From the sequence record EU863409: a stretch of DNA of 64,000 bases; one strand, given 5' to 3'. A program made the translations under genes and the position numbers. Source of the DNA: Escherichia phage JS10. The number at the start of each line of letters is the position of its first letter. Within the stretch, counting starts at the first letter, position 1. Shown one piece after another: positions 1-9,094 of this stretch. The notes beneath the pieces are model-generated. The model made no database searches, had not been told where the DNA came from, and was given only the letters and a program-made list of their open reading frames with translations.

Positions 1-7
1 CTATGCT

Positions 8-706
8 TTAGAACGAGTGGCTTGAGCCTGCTTCCATAGCTAATACGTAAGAAGCTTGTGTACCTTCAAACTTAGCTGCAAATCGAGCATCCTGACCTTC
101 ACCGCGTGCCCATAACAACACATGATAATCGGCAGGCATCATTTTCATATTGGTTTTGTTAATGATGAACTTAAAGTCAGGACCATCATGGTCAGCCACG
201 ACCAGAGAATACAGTGGACGAGTTAATTCTTTATCGTCGACTTGTTTATAACCGTTGATAACAATTTTACCATCGTCTACAGTGATTGCAAATGTATCAA
301 TACTCAGACCAGAGGACACACGCATCAACTGTTGATAATCTTCGGCTTTCAGGTCGAAAATAACTTCGGCCACAGGGAACGGAATAGCTTTACTTGGGAA
401 TGCGATTGTGCTTGGGTCGGCAATAGGCCACTTAATTGTTGAACGTTGGTCTTTAATAATTAATGTTGTTTGGTCTTCACTTACCGAAACTTCAGCACTT
501 TCCGATACCAAAGACAGAATACTTAAGAAGCCATTCAAATCATAGATTGCTGCTTCGATATCGAAGGTATCACTTACAGTAGCTTCACCATAACTTGCAC
601 CGGTAACAGATCGGGTCAGAATGGTGTTACCTGGTTTAAGCATAATGCCTGGGTTAATACCGGAGAAGTTTTTAAGAATGTTCAGGGTTTCTTTAGAGAA
701 TTTCAT
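8..706 (-). CDS. 45: DNA polymerase sliding clamp (gp45)
   Basis: 232-aa ORF resembling T4 gp45 along its length; ATG preceded by AAGGAAA SD; T4 synteny 45-rpbA-45.2-46-47. Confidence 0.9.
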   Translation of the reverse strand: MKFSKETLNILKNFSGINPGIMLKPGNTILTRSVTGASYGEATVSDTFDIEAAIYDLNGFLSILSLVSESAEVSVSEDQTTLIIKDQRSTIKWPIADPSTIAFPSKAIPFPVAEVIFDLKAEDYQQLMRVSSGLSIDTFAITVDDGKIVINGYKQVDDKELTRPLYSLVVADHDGPDFKFIINKTNMKMMPADYHVLLWARGEGQDARFAAKFEGTQASYVLAMEAGSSHSF

Positions 707-731
707 AATGTTTCCTTATCAAGTCAAATTA

Positions 732-1166
732 TTAAGCAATTACGATCATTTGTTTACGGATTGATTCAGGCAGAGATTCAATATACTCTGGAATCTTGGA
801 AGCAATAATAGAACCGGCTTCAAGCAACTGCTCATCAGGGTCGACGCAATAATCATCTTCTAAACGTTCAGAACCGTCGCGGTCGATAACAAGTTTAGCA
901 CCTGCAGCCAAAGAATCTTTAAAGTGTTTACGCATGATTTCAATCCACTTATCAGATACATCATTATCGATGATACTGTACAGCATAAACTTGGTTTCTT
1001 GTGGAAGAGACTGCAATCGGCGTGCAGAGTCGGTATCAATATTCAGTACCCATGATTTACGGATACGGTTCTGATTATGTGGGTTGGAATCAGTACGGAT
1101 GGTTTTAACTTGGATATCTTTAACGGTAACGCCATTAGAAGTAGCAAACATAATATTTTCTCTCAT
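732..1166 (-). CDS. rpbA: RpbA-like RNA polymerase-binding protein (by position)
   Basis: 144-aa ORF at the rpbA position between genes 45 and 45.2; in-frame alternative ATG at 1151. Confidence 0.5.
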   Translation of the reverse strand: MRENIMFATSNGVTVKDIQVKTIRTDSNPHNQNRIRKSWVLNIDTDSARRLQSLPQETKFMLYSIIDNDVSDKWIEIMRKHFKDSLAAGAKLVIDRDGSERLEDDYCVDPDEQLLEAGSIIASKIPEYIESLPESIRKQMIVIA

Positions 1167-1207
1167 TTAGTTGGTAAATGTATTATAAATCAATATTTTA
1201 AAGCAAT

Positions 1208-1399
1208 TTAATCAAAGTACTCATAGACAAACCATGCTGGATTTCTATTTGACATGATTGTAACATATTCTGACTTAAAAGCATTTTGGAGATAATCTTC
1301 AGTAACAAGATGTTCGTCTCCAGAGAAGTTGTTAACTAAAACATATCTCTTTATTTCTGGAACGGCCAACAAATGCTGGCCTGTTATAAAATCACTCAT
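1208..1399 (-). CDS. 45.2-like small protein
   Basis: 63-aa ORF; ATGA start/stop overlap with gene 46 stop; T4 synteny. Confidence 0.5.
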   Translation of the reverse strand: MSDFITGQHLLAVPEIKRYVLVNNFSGDEHLVTEDYLQNAFKSEYVTIMSNRNPAWFVYEYFD

Positions 1400-3078
1400 T
1401 CTAACACCGTGAATCGCCCAACTTTCTTCATTTGAAGATGTTGGCCATAAGCTTGTGGGTCATGGTCTCGGTGAGAGATAATGAACACGTTCGTATCCTC
1501 AAGGCTATTCAAGATGGTTGCAATGCTCTTAACGCCTTCAGAATCCGTGGCACTATCAAAAACTTCATCAAGAATTAACGTGCTGATATTAACACCTGAT
1601 ACCTTAGAAGCAATATCACGCCATGTAAAAAGAAGTGCGATATCAATACGTGCTTTCTCACCCTGTGAAAATGAAGCATAACTAAAGTCTTCACGTCCAC
1701 GTGATTTAATCGTCTCATTGAATTCTTCGTCTAGGGTAAAGACGTAGTCCGCTTCCATAATCTTCAAATAAGAATTAATCTGCTTATTAAAGATAGGAAT
1801 GTATTTCTTAATAATGGAACCTTTAATACCAGTATCCTTCAACATTTCTGTCAGAATTCCACGATGATATTTTTCCATTACCAAGGACGATTTGGTAGAG
1901 ACGATTTTATCAAGCTCTGCTTGAAGCGCAGCAATCTCTTCGGCATTACTTACGAACTCAGCTGCTGCCTGGTCAATTAATACCTTAACCTTTTTGGCTT
2001 TCTCTACGGCAGTAATGGCTTGCTGCTTATGAGTAGCTATCTGAGATTTAATAGCCAACGCTTTATTGCGTTGTTCGGTTACTTGGTCTTTAATGAGCTT
2101 GAGCTCTTGGTATTGCTCATTAATCTTATCCAAAGATTTTTGAAGCTCAAAGTTTTTATCCTTAATTTTAGTAAGGATATTACCATGCTCTTCTAACCCT
2201 TGCATACACGTAGGGCAGTGACCACCAGTTTCGTATAACTTAACCACCTTTGTAAAGGTTGCCATATCATTTTTGATTGCAAATCCTTTATTACTCAGGT
2301 CACTCATGGAGTCGCTAGGGTCATCATCTACGATAACATTGAGTAATTCATCAGTCAGGGATTCTATGCTCGCCTTCGCAGTCCTGGCTTCTTTAACGAG
2401 CTCATCATACATTAATTGTAGGCGGGCGGCGTTCTCGCCGGATAATTTACGTTGACGTTCTTCGTTGTCATTATAAATTTTAATTTGTTGGGTAATAGAA
2501 TCTTGCTTAACGTCTATTACTTGGATTTGGCTATTAGTCTCACGAATTAAAGATTTGTTCAACTTATCCATATCCGCTAATACAGAAACCTCTAAGAGGT
2601 CTTCGACGAGTTTTCTTCTTGCAGGAGTGGATAGGCCCATAAAAGGGGTATATCCAGCTGTGCCGAGTACGACAATTTGTTTGAAGCTTGCATAGGACAT
2701 TCCGATAAGCTGTTCAAATTCCGCTTGGAAGTCTTTACTGCTGGCAGATTCATCAAGACGTTCACCGTCACAAGAGATTTCAAAAACGTTGGGTTTTTGC
2801 CCGCGTTTGATATAGTATTCTTTGCCATCATATTCCATCCACAGTTCGACCAAAAGGTCTTTCTTGTTACTTGAGTTAATCAACTGCCCTTTCTTAACAT
2901 CACGAAAAGGCTTACCGAACAGAGCAAATGTTACAGCTTCAAGGAATGTTGATTTCCCTGCACCATTTTTACCAGTGACTAAGGTCTTTTGGACCTTATC
3001 AAGTTGGATTGTAATAGGCTGCTGCCCTACCGACATAATATTTTTATACGTTACTTTTTTTAACTTAAAAGTCTTCAT
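1396..3078 (-). CDS. 46: recombination endonuclease ATPase subunit gp46 (SbcC/Rad50-like)
   Basis: Walker A GKNGAGKST near N-terminus, long coiled-coil middle, C-terminal signature/D-loop region; start set to internal ATG (MKTFKLKK) with AAGGA SD giving 560 aa. Confidence 0.9.
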   Translation of the reverse strand: MKTFKLKKVTYKNIMSVGQQPITIQLDKVQKTLVTGKNGAGKSTFLEAVTFALFGKPFRDVKKGQLINSSNKKDLLVELWMEYDGKEYYIKRGQKPNVFEISCDGERLDESASSKDFQAEFEQLIGMSYASFKQIVVLGTAGYTPFMGLSTPARRKLVEDLLEVSVLADMDKLNKSLIRETNSQIQVIDVKQDSITQQIKIYNDNEERQRKLSGENAARLQLMYDELVKEARTAKASIESLTDELLNVIVDDDPSDSMSDLSNKGFAIKNDMATFTKVVKLYETGGHCPTCMQGLEEHGNILTKIKDKNFELQKSLDKINEQYQELKLIKDQVTEQRNKALAIKSQIATHKQQAITAVEKAKKVKVLIDQAAAEFVSNAEEIAALQAELDKIVSTKSSLVMEKYHRGILTEMLKDTGIKGSIIKKYIPIFNKQINSYLKIMEADYVFTLDEEFNETIKSRGREDFSYASFSQGEKARIDIALLFTWRDIASKVSGVNISTLILDEVFDSATDSEGVKSIATILNSLEDTNVFIISHRDHDPQAYGQHLQMKKVGRFTVLE

Positions 3079-3328
3079 CGTTATAAGCATCCTTGATGCA
3101 TGATTCAGCCATATGAATTAATGTTTCTGGAGTATCATCTACCATTACATTAAAGCTAAATTCCACAGCCCAATCGGTAGCAACATAAACTTTAATAAGC
3201 TCGCCGGTATCACGAGTGCTCACGGCTTCAAACCAGAACTTAATTGTACTAGGTTGTCCATCATCATCAATAACTATACAGTCGTGTTCCAGTTCAAGTC
3301 CCGATTTTTTGAATTCATCTAAAGTCAT
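3065..3328 (-). CDS. 46.1-like hypothetical protein
   Basis: 87-aa acidic ORF between genes 47 and 46; ATGA overlap with gene 47 stop. Confidence 0.5.
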   Translation of the reverse strand: MTLDEFKKSGLELEHDCIVIDDDGQPSTIKFWFEAVSTRDTGELIKVYVATDWAVEFSFNVMVDDTPETLIHMAESCIKDAYNDEDF

Positions 3329-4347
3329 CGTGTAACCTCATTATAAAGTTGTGCGGCCATAGTCTTAAGGGCTTTAACGTCTTCTTCAGTGTGGCCATCA
3401 GGAAGGGCGTCGATATAATCATACATCATATCCAAGAGGGATTTAACTTCATCTTCCTCTTCAGAATCATCGATATCAACACTATTATCTACCTTAGACA
3501 CAATACGTAAAGAGTGAACAACCTTTTCAAGCTCTGATTCGAACTTAGTAAGACCGTCATCAATTTTATCGACTATAACACGAACTGCGATATTTGTAAA
3601 ATCTTTGTAATCGATAGTCGCGTTAGGATAATGAATCTTACGGTGCCAACAGGTTTCATTAATGATGAAATCCATTTTATGAGTTTCGGTATCGAAAATC
3701 CAGAAACCACGAGGGTCGTTCTCATCGCCTGCAGTAAGGGTCCATGGAGTACCAATGTACTTGACGTTTGCTGCATCAGAAATAGTATGGAAGTGGCCTG
3801 ACCAAACTTGCTTATACTTTTTAAGGAAATCAGGTTCTAAACCGTGAGATTTCATTCCTTTATAGAAATAGAAACCATTTAATTCCCAATGACCAATACA
3901 GAAATCTGCTGTGGTATTTTTGATATGGTCCATGATATCGGTCGTGTTTTCTTCACACATCCATGGAATCAAATCAATTTCGGTGCCATCAAAGTTAACC
4001 GTAGTAGGTTTTTCAATAACCTTGATATGGTCATATTTACCGAGAACTTCAGAAGCAGCATTAGGAGTCAAGGTATTTTTGTAGTGCATATCATGATTAC
4101 CAACAATGGTATACATGGTAATGCCATTAGCTTTAAGCAAATCAGAGATTTCGCGAGCGAATTCCATACACTTATGGGTAATTGCTTTACGAACGTCAAA
4201 GATATCACCGTATTGAATCCATACGGTAATACCATTTGCTTTAGAATAATCAATAGCGTCTTGGATACCTTGACGTTGGATATTTTGTACCCACACATCA
4301 TCGGCCTTCACTCCAAGGTGCCAGTCACCTGTGTTTAATATTTTCAT
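3325..4347 (-). CDS. 47: recombination nuclease subunit gp47 (Mre11/SbcD-like phosphoesterase)
   Basis: N-terminal MKILNTGDWHLG and GNHD metallophosphatase motifs; start at internal ATG matching T4 gp47 N-terminus. Confidence 0.9.
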   Translation of the reverse strand: MKILNTGDWHLGVKADDVWVQNIQRQGIQDAIDYSKANGITVWIQYGDIFDVRKAITHKCMEFAREISDLLKANGITMYTIVGNHDMHYKNTLTPNAASEVLGKYDHIKVIEKPTTVNFDGTEIDLIPWMCEENTTDIMDHIKNTTADFCIGHWELNGFYFYKGMKSHGLEPDFLKKYKQVWSGHFHTISDAANVKYIGTPWTLTAGDENDPRGFWIFDTETHKMDFIINETCWHRKIHYPNATIDYKDFTNIAVRVIVDKIDDGLTKFESELEKVVHSLRIVSKVDNSVDIDDSEEEDEVKSLLDMMYDYIDALPDGHTEEDVKALKTMAAQLYNEVTR

Positions 4348-4487
4348 AAGCCGAGCACCGTTATCGCAATGCAAAATAAAATTATTGAGATGAACCCATC
4401 AGGAGTAGAAAAGAATCCTATCCAACAGGCTCGTGTGAATGTGTAGAATGCCATGAATAACACGACATATCCTAAAAGTAATTCCAT
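4344..4487 (-). CDS. small hydrophobic membrane peptide (47 aa)
   Basis: ORF below track threshold found by translation: MELLLGYVVLFMAFYTF...; GAGGAG SD; stop overlaps gene 47 ATG (ATGA). Confidence 0.45.
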   Translation of the reverse strand: MELLLGYVVLFMAFYTFTRACWIGFFSTPDGFISIILFCIAITVLGL

Positions 4488-4528
4488 ATGTTCTCCTCAG
4501 TTGGTTCATTTTATCATCCGAATATAAA

Positions 4529-4553
4529 GCAAAAAAGGAGCCTAAGCTCCTTT
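4529..4553 (-). terminator. intrinsic terminator-like hairpin
   Basis: GGAGC-TTAG-GCTCC stem-loop followed by U6 on minus strand. Confidence 0.45.
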
Positions 4554-4715
4554 ACCAATTAATACCCCGTACAGAGGTTCATGAGAAGACCTGAACTTGA
4601 TAGGCTTATAGGTAATAGTACCTTCATTTTCCGCTTTAATACGAGCAGCTTCAAATTTAAGTATCATCTCATTTTTGTCAGATTTAATCTTATCAAAATC
4701 CATCGAATTCGTCAT
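4542..4715 (-). CDS. small hypothetical protein (57 aa)
   Basis: Unlisted ORF MTNSMDFDKIK...; AAGAGG SD 8 nt upstream; stop lies in loop of a terminator hairpin; weak support. Confidence 0.3.
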   Translation of the reverse strand: MTNSMDFDKIKSDKNEMILKFEAARIKAENEGTITYKPIKFRSSHEPLYGVLIGKGA

Positions 4716-4988
4716 TCATATAACCTCTTAAACTTTTTCGTATTCGTCATTCATAAGCTTAAAAATCCGGATGTTCATCTTTCATTAGCCACCTGTCCAC
4801 GTTATCATCGTTGCCACCATTTCTTAAGTTGGTGTGAATCCACCCAAACCTTGGCTACAGGCTCAATCCGAAAAATTTCATCGGAATATTGACCCACCAT
4901 TTTGTATTCGGTTTCAGTCTGCTTAATACAAATATTACCGTATGAGCGAAGTCTGAAGGCGGCTCCAATAAGAAGCCGTTTAAAGGGT

Positions 4989-5300
4989 TTATTTACTAGC
5001 GCCATTGATAATTTCCCAAATCTGTTTACGCGTAGTTTCCCACATAACTCTAACGATTTCGTCAGTAGTTGGTTGACGGTAAATACCACGTAATTTAATT
5101 ATAGCATATTTGTAAGCTTCGAAATTGTTTTCGAGAACAGCGCCCTGAGCATGTGTATTAAGACGCTTAATTTCACGGGCATTCTTTTTAAGAATTTTGG
5201 CAGCTTGGGAAGCGGCTTCTTTAGCATTATTCTCTTCTAAACGCTTCTGGGCTTCTTCAATTTGCTCTTCGGTCAATTGAGAAATGTCGGTGCTTTGCAT
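4989..5300 (-). CDS. hypothetical coiled-coil protein
   Basis: 103-aa charged helical ORF; AAGGAT SD; abuts upstream gene stop. Confidence 0.55.
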   Translation of the reverse strand: MQSTDISQLTEEQIEEAQKRLEENNAKEAASQAAKILKKNAREIKRLNTHAQGAVLENNFEAYKYAIIKLRGIYRQPTTDEIVRVMWETTRKQIWEIINGASK

Positions 5301-5301
5301 A

Positions 5302-5529
5302 TTAATCCTTGTAATTCAGTTTTATATAAAAATCTTCGTCGGTAACGTGATAGTTATAAGTTAATGTTCCTTTTTCAGCTTTAATTTCTACCGAATCAGG
5401 GTGTTTTGGGTCTATTACAATAGGAAGCTTGGCAATATCCTTAAGATACATTTTAAGAACATAAGGAATTGCCGAATACTCTCCATCTACTTCTTCTAAA
5501 AGGCCTACCAGGTTAATCTTGAGTTCCAT
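5302..5529 (-). CDS. hypothetical protein (75 aa)
   Basis: Start moved to internal ATG (MELKINL) overlapping the last codons of gene 55 in another frame. Confidence 0.45.
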   Translation of the reverse strand: MELKINLVGLLEEVDGEYSAIPYVLKMYLKDIAKLPIVIDPKHPDSVEIKAEKGTLTYNYHVTDEDFYIKLNYKD

Positions 5530-6070
5530 ATAAAAAATCCAGCTCACCAACTTTAGATTCGGCGCTCTTATCAGACCCTGGCGCTTTAACTAAAGAGGTT
5601 TCATACTGAGTCATTTTGTCGTAAATATCCTGGATAAAAGTTTCATCTGCGATACCTACCATGTCGTCGTCATTGGCGTCATAAACGTTATGGACGAAGT
5701 AGCTGTATTTCTTTGCCATTTCTTTACGTTCTTTCTTGATACGCTGAACAAAGGCATTAAAACAAGCCATAGTGATATATGCATGTGGGTTGTCGTATTT
5801 TGTTTCGTCGAAGTTATGAAGACCTTTAATAGAGGCTTCGATTCCATCAGCAATCATTTCTTGCTTCCAAGATTGGGTATATCCGGAGAAGTTGAAACGC
5901 TTAGAAAGGCCTTCAGCAATGAGCATAATAGCCAAGCCGATAACGTCGTTCTGACGAACTATTTTATTAGGGTCGGTATTTTCTCGGAGTTCCGTTTTCC
6001 ACTGGGTAATGGCTTTCAGAAGCTCCTTATTATTTACATAGTTATTTTTAGTCAGTTTAATTTCGGTCAT
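5513..6070 (-). CDS. 55: late-transcription sigma factor gp55
   Basis: 185-aa ORF with T4 gp55-like sequence throughout; GAGGT SD. Confidence 0.9.
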   Translation of the reverse strand: MTEIKLTKNNYVNNKELLKAITQWKTELRENTDPNKIVRQNDVIGLAIMLIAEGLSKRFNFSGYTQSWKQEMIADGIEASIKGLHNFDETKYDNPHAYITMACFNAFVQRIKKERKEMAKKYSYFVHNVYDANDDDMVGIADETFIQDIYDKMTQYETSLVKAPGSDKSAESKVGELDFLYGTQD

Positions 6071-6136
6071 TGTTACCTCAGATAACTCAAATCATAGGTC
6101 TATTATATCATAGTATTTGGAGACCCGTTTAAAGCA
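6071..6136 (-). promoter_or_regulatory. promoter-like region with PeSL-like core upstream of gene 55
   Basis: ATAGGTCTATTATATCATAGTA core; TATAAT-like -10; weak -35. Confidence 0.3.
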
Positions 6137-6400
6137 TCAACGGAGTAAGCAATAAGCCTGAAATACTGTTTCAAGGATTTGTATGAACTCGGGATAAGAA
6201 ATTGTATCAGTACATCCATGTTCGGACATATATCCGCAAAATTCTTTAAAAAGTTCCGGATAATCCCGATGGTTGTATTTGGAAATATGAGACTTCCATA
6301 CTAAAGAAGTCTCACCACAAACAAACTCAACATCCATACAGTTATCTATTAAGAAAAATCCGAGACCTTCATAAGCGAGGGTGGTGGATATGGGTTTCAT
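6137..6400 (-). CDS. hypothetical protein
   Basis: 87-aa ORF; ATGA overlap with upstream gene. Confidence 0.5.
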   Translation of the reverse strand: MKPISTTLAYEGLGFFLIDNCMDVEFVCGETSLVWKSHISKYNHRDYPELFKEFCGYMSEHGCTDTISYPEFIQILETVFQAYCLLR

Positions 6401-6663
6401 TGTAGGAATCGAGCTCCTTCTAATGCATCATCAAGATTATCAAACTCATCGACGTAATCAATACCGCCAACTTCATCTTTAGCGTATAGCCAGTACCGTT
6501 TAAATTCATATTCGATAATAAAGTGGTCACCTTCAATCTGGAGAGCCCCATCACCATTAAATTGGACTGCATAACCTGTAAAGCGGACATCATTCAGGAG
6601 TTCTTCTTTCATAGCAATCATTTCCAAGTTTTTATCGTAATTAGAGAGTTTTATTTTAATCAT
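6397..6663 (-). CDS. hypothetical acidic protein
   Basis: 88-aa ORF; ATGA overlaps on both sides. Confidence 0.5.
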   Translation of the reverse strand: MIKIKLSNYDKNLEMIAMKEELLNDVRFTGYAVQFNGDGALQIEGDHFIIEYEFKRYWLYAKDEVGGIDYVDEFDNLDDALEGARFLQ

Positions 6664-6989
6664 TTCGCAGCCTTAACAATTTTCAGGTCAACGAATTTTT
6701 TCTTACGCTGGTTCTTCATACGACGGATGGTTTTGTCTGTGATTTCACCCGGATGCCAAGCTTTAGATTCAACACCGAAGGCAGCAACATCAAACTCATC
6801 AAGAATATATTGAACCAGGATTTCACGAATACCATTCTTACCGATTTTTTGGTCTTTAGAATGCATAATTGGTAACAGTTCAGCAACCCATTGGTCAAGA
6901 ACCTGAGGAGTTACAAAGCCAGTTTTCATCAGTTCATTAACTTTATCGAAAGCGAAAGAGTTCAGTACGTTTTTAATAGCTTGTGACAT
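6660..6989 (-). CDS. hypothetical protein
   Basis: Start at internal ATG (MSQAIKN) directly downstream of a promoter cassette; shares 26 identical nt of RBS plus first codons with gene 13642..14484. Confidence 0.5.
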   Translation of the reverse strand: MSQAIKNVLNSFAFDKVNELMKTGFVTPQVLDQWVAELLPIMHSKDQKIGKNGIREILVQYILDEFDVAAFGVESKAWHPGEITDKTIRRMKNQRKKKFVDLKIVKAAK

Positions 6990-7059
6990 AATAATTTCCT
7001 CAGTTTTAAAATTTATAATCCGTAGGACCATTATACTCTGGTCCCAAGAGTTTGTAAAC
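6990..7059 (-). promoter_or_regulatory. sigma70-like early promoter with stem-loop over -10
   Basis: -35 GTTTAC (plus 7054-7059), 18-bp spacer, -10 TATAAT (7030-7035); hairpin GGACCA-N7-TGGTCC (7025-7043). Confidence 0.5.
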
Positions 7060-7259
7060 TATTTTTGTGCTAATGCACCTTTCCAACCTTCATACATCAT
7101 TGCGGCTGATATTAATATTGCTCCTGCGCATTTTGAATATTTGTTATTCCAAAACCAGTTTAGAAAAACTTCGTCATCAATACCTTGAGCTATCATATTT
7201 TCAAAGAATTGACGACGGGCTTCAGCAATTCGTTGTGATAATTTAGATTCAGGATTCAT
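7059..7259 (-). CDS. hypothetical protein
   Basis: 66-aa ORF; stop overlaps -35 element of downstream promoter. Confidence 0.45.
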   Translation of the reverse strand: MNPESKLSQRIAEARRQFFENMIAQGIDDEVFLNWFWNNKYSKCAGAILISAAMMYEGWKGALAQK

Positions 7260-7391
7260 TTAAATTTTCCAGTTGCCGTTTTCATCAATAAATTTAATCC
7301 AGTCATTTACTGACCACTTAGTCGTATCGCCTTTTGGAGCAACATTTAAGGTGTATAATCCTTGTTTAAAAAGCATACGTTTGATATTCAT
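7260..7391 (-). CDS. hypothetical small protein (43 aa)
   Basis: Internal ATG with GAGGAAAAT SD located 7 nt after stop of upstream gene. Confidence 0.35.
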   Translation of the reverse strand: MNIKRMLFKQGLYTLNVAPKGDTTKWSVNDWIKFIDENGNWKI

Positions 7392-7398
7392 ATTTTCC

Positions 7399-7692
7399 TC
7401 AGCTGTAACGATAGCACTCGTTTGATTTACGTTTTGCAACTCGATGAGAAGTATTGTAATCAGGTTCATCGTCGTTGTAAACATCTTTTTTCAGCTTTCT
7501 CACTTCTTTACGAAGTTGGCGATTCATTTCATTCTTAACTTCAGAATCAACGCCACGCATACGTTTCCACTTGTCAGAACGGAAGATATTTTCATTCAAA
7601 GTTTCTTCCGATACGCCATCAGGTGCTTTACGTCTAGCAATGCAATTAAAATCTCTAGATGGCAATTCTTTACGACGGATAGTTTTACCCAT
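7399..7692 (-). CDS. hypothetical basic protein
   Basis: 97-aa Lys/Arg-rich ORF; GAGGT SD. Confidence 0.5.
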   Translation of the reverse strand: MGKTIRRKELPSRDFNCIARRKAPDGVSEETLNENIFRSDKWKRMRGVDSEVKNEMNRQLRKEVRKLKKDVYNDDEPDYNTSHRVAKRKSNECYRYS

Positions 7693-7694
7693 AG

Positions 7695-7949
7695 TTACCT
7701 CAACAGTTTGTATCCAATAAGGTTTTTAATGTACTGGATGTCTTTGATATCCAAATCCAACTTAAGGTCTTTCAGACGGTCGGCCAGGGTCAAAAAGGTT
7801 ACATGCTTCCAATTCTTCACTGGGCAGCAATAAGTTTTCGGGCCGTTGGCGATTTCAATATTCTTATCAGTGACGGTAAGAAAAATTAGGCGCTCATCAT
7901 CCAGATTAAGGGTGATGACATTTTTCATTGAATGCAATTTCAGGCTCAT
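7695..7949 (-). CDS. hypothetical protein
   Basis: 84-aa ORF; ATGA overlap with upstream small ORF. Confidence 0.5.
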   Translation of the reverse strand: MSLKLHSMKNVITLNLDDERLIFLTVTDKNIEIANGPKTYCCPVKNWKHVTFLTLADRLKDLKLDLDIKDIQYIKNLIGYKLLR

Positions 7950-8122
7950 AATTTAATTTCCTTAGCTATCGAACAAAATACACCACGGTCACAAATCATT
8001 TTAATATTAAGGTCAATTATGGTATACCACACATCCAGGCTAGATATTTCAGTTACTAGAACAGCTTTGCCGTTGATTGAATAATACTGGTTGACTTTAA
8101 TTTCTTTATCTTGGATAGTCAT
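7946..8122 (-). CDS. hypothetical small protein (58 aa)
   Basis: Unlisted ORF MTIQDKEIKVNQYY... immediately downstream of a promoter-stem-loop cassette. Confidence 0.4.
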   Translation of the reverse strand: MTIQDKEIKVNQYYSINGKAVLVTEISSLDVWYTIIDLNIKMICDRGVFCSIAKEIKL

Positions 8123-8180
8123 AATGTTCTCCTCGTGTGTTGATAGGATAGACTATAACACGTGAGGAGAGGAAGTAAAC
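8123..8180 (-). promoter_or_regulatory. PeSL-like promoter-stem-loop cassette (variant)
   Basis: -35 GTTTAC (8175-8180), 17-bp spacer, -10 TATAGT; imperfect inverted repeat whose proximal arm carries GAGGAG SD. Confidence 0.45.
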
Positions 8181-8181
8181 A

Positions 8182-8547
8182 CTAATCTTCAATTAAATCT
8201 CGGTCATAGCCAAGCTCAATCAAAAGGGATTTGAAGGCAGGAATATTTTCTATTTTCTTATTATCAACAAAGATTACAGGATAGCGTATAGCTAAGCTCT
8301 TGAAGCCAGCACGTTTGGCCAATGATACTATAAGAGGCTTATCATATACTGCGCCTGACGGTGTCTGGTTAATCACAGGATAGAAAGTATATTGGATAGA
8401 AAGGGAATTTAGGAGCGATAGAACTGCAATGCACCCTGGACAGCGCATGACCGTCTCAGGGATACCGTAAATCTCAATTTTAGTTAACTTTTGGTCCACA
8501 GGAAATAACTCCTTGGTAGTCCCAAGTTTTGATAACTTCGTCTTCAT
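8182..8547 (-). CDS. glutaredoxin-like redoxin (CPGC motif; NrdH-like?)
   Basis: beta-strand KIEIYG followed by C-P-G-C active-site-like motif; start uncertain because reading frame overlaps the upstream ORF. Confidence 0.45.
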   Translation of the reverse strand: MKTKLSKLGTTKELFPVDQKLTKIEIYGIPETVMRCPGCIAVLSLLNSLSIQYTFYPVINQTPSGAVYDKPLIVSLAKRAGFKSLAIRYPVIFVDNKKIENIPAFKSLLIELGYDRDLIED

Positions 8548-8776
8548 TAGTTCCATATGGGATGTAAATCTGGATAAGGAACCCAGTATCATCAAAAGAG
8601 AAGTAGACGGTAGGTTTAATACCATGAATCTCTGACAGAGCATAGATATCTTTAAGGTCTTCTTCCTTATCTTTAAAGAATTCTGGGTTCAGGTCACAGT
8701 CATGGAAGTACCATTCTTGGCCAAACTTGTCCCAAGCAGCCCAATCAGTAGCTACATACTCTTCAAAACGTTTCAT
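8480..8776 (-). CDS. hypothetical acidic protein
   Basis: 98-aa ORF; ATGA overlap with upstream gene. Confidence 0.5.
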   Translation of the reverse strand: MKRFEEYVATDWAAWDKFGQEWYFHDCDLNPEFFKDKEEDLKDIYALSEIHGIKPTVYFSFDDTGFLIQIYIPYGTNEDEVIKTWDYQGVISCGPKVN

Positions 8777-9000
8777 TCTTTCACCTTCATCATTTTAGAA
8801 ATAACACTATGAACAGACTGGATTCGTTTTTCGAACTCAGAATCTTCAAGACCCTTTTCAGTACTCAGCGCACCAATCATCACAAACAGCAATCCAAATG
8901 GGATAACCAGGATTAAAAGGCACACAATAAACAGGACAAATGTAATATTGGCCAGGATATCAGAAACAGCATTACGAAATTTATTCATACGATAGTCCAT
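8773..9000 (-). CDS. small membrane protein
   Basis: 75-aa ORF with one long hydrophobic helix. Confidence 0.5.
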   Translation of the reverse strand: MDYRMNKFRNAVSDILANITFVLFIVCLLILVIPFGLLFVMIGALSTEKGLEDSEFEKRIQSVHSVISKMMKVKE

Positions 9001-9094
9001 GTATTAGTTACAACAAATAACCATTGAGCAGGATACTCAACACCCATGCGCCGGATAATATCATTCATAGATTCGGTTAAGGCATAAAAATTAA

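Noticed and set aside
4520-4535. MotA-box-like TTTGCTTTA followed 11 nt later by TAAAAT upstream of the 47.1-like ORF (T4-type middle promoter?)
   Set aside because: Single occurrence that overlaps the U-run of a terminator; I could not establish that this phage has a MotA-dependent middle mode, so the match may be chance.
4805-5089. 94-aa minus-strand ORF overlapping gene 4989..5300
   Set aside because: Out-of-frame overlap with a better-supported gene; no SD at any internal ATG; the 4716..4988 stretch is more likely non-coding regulatory sequence.
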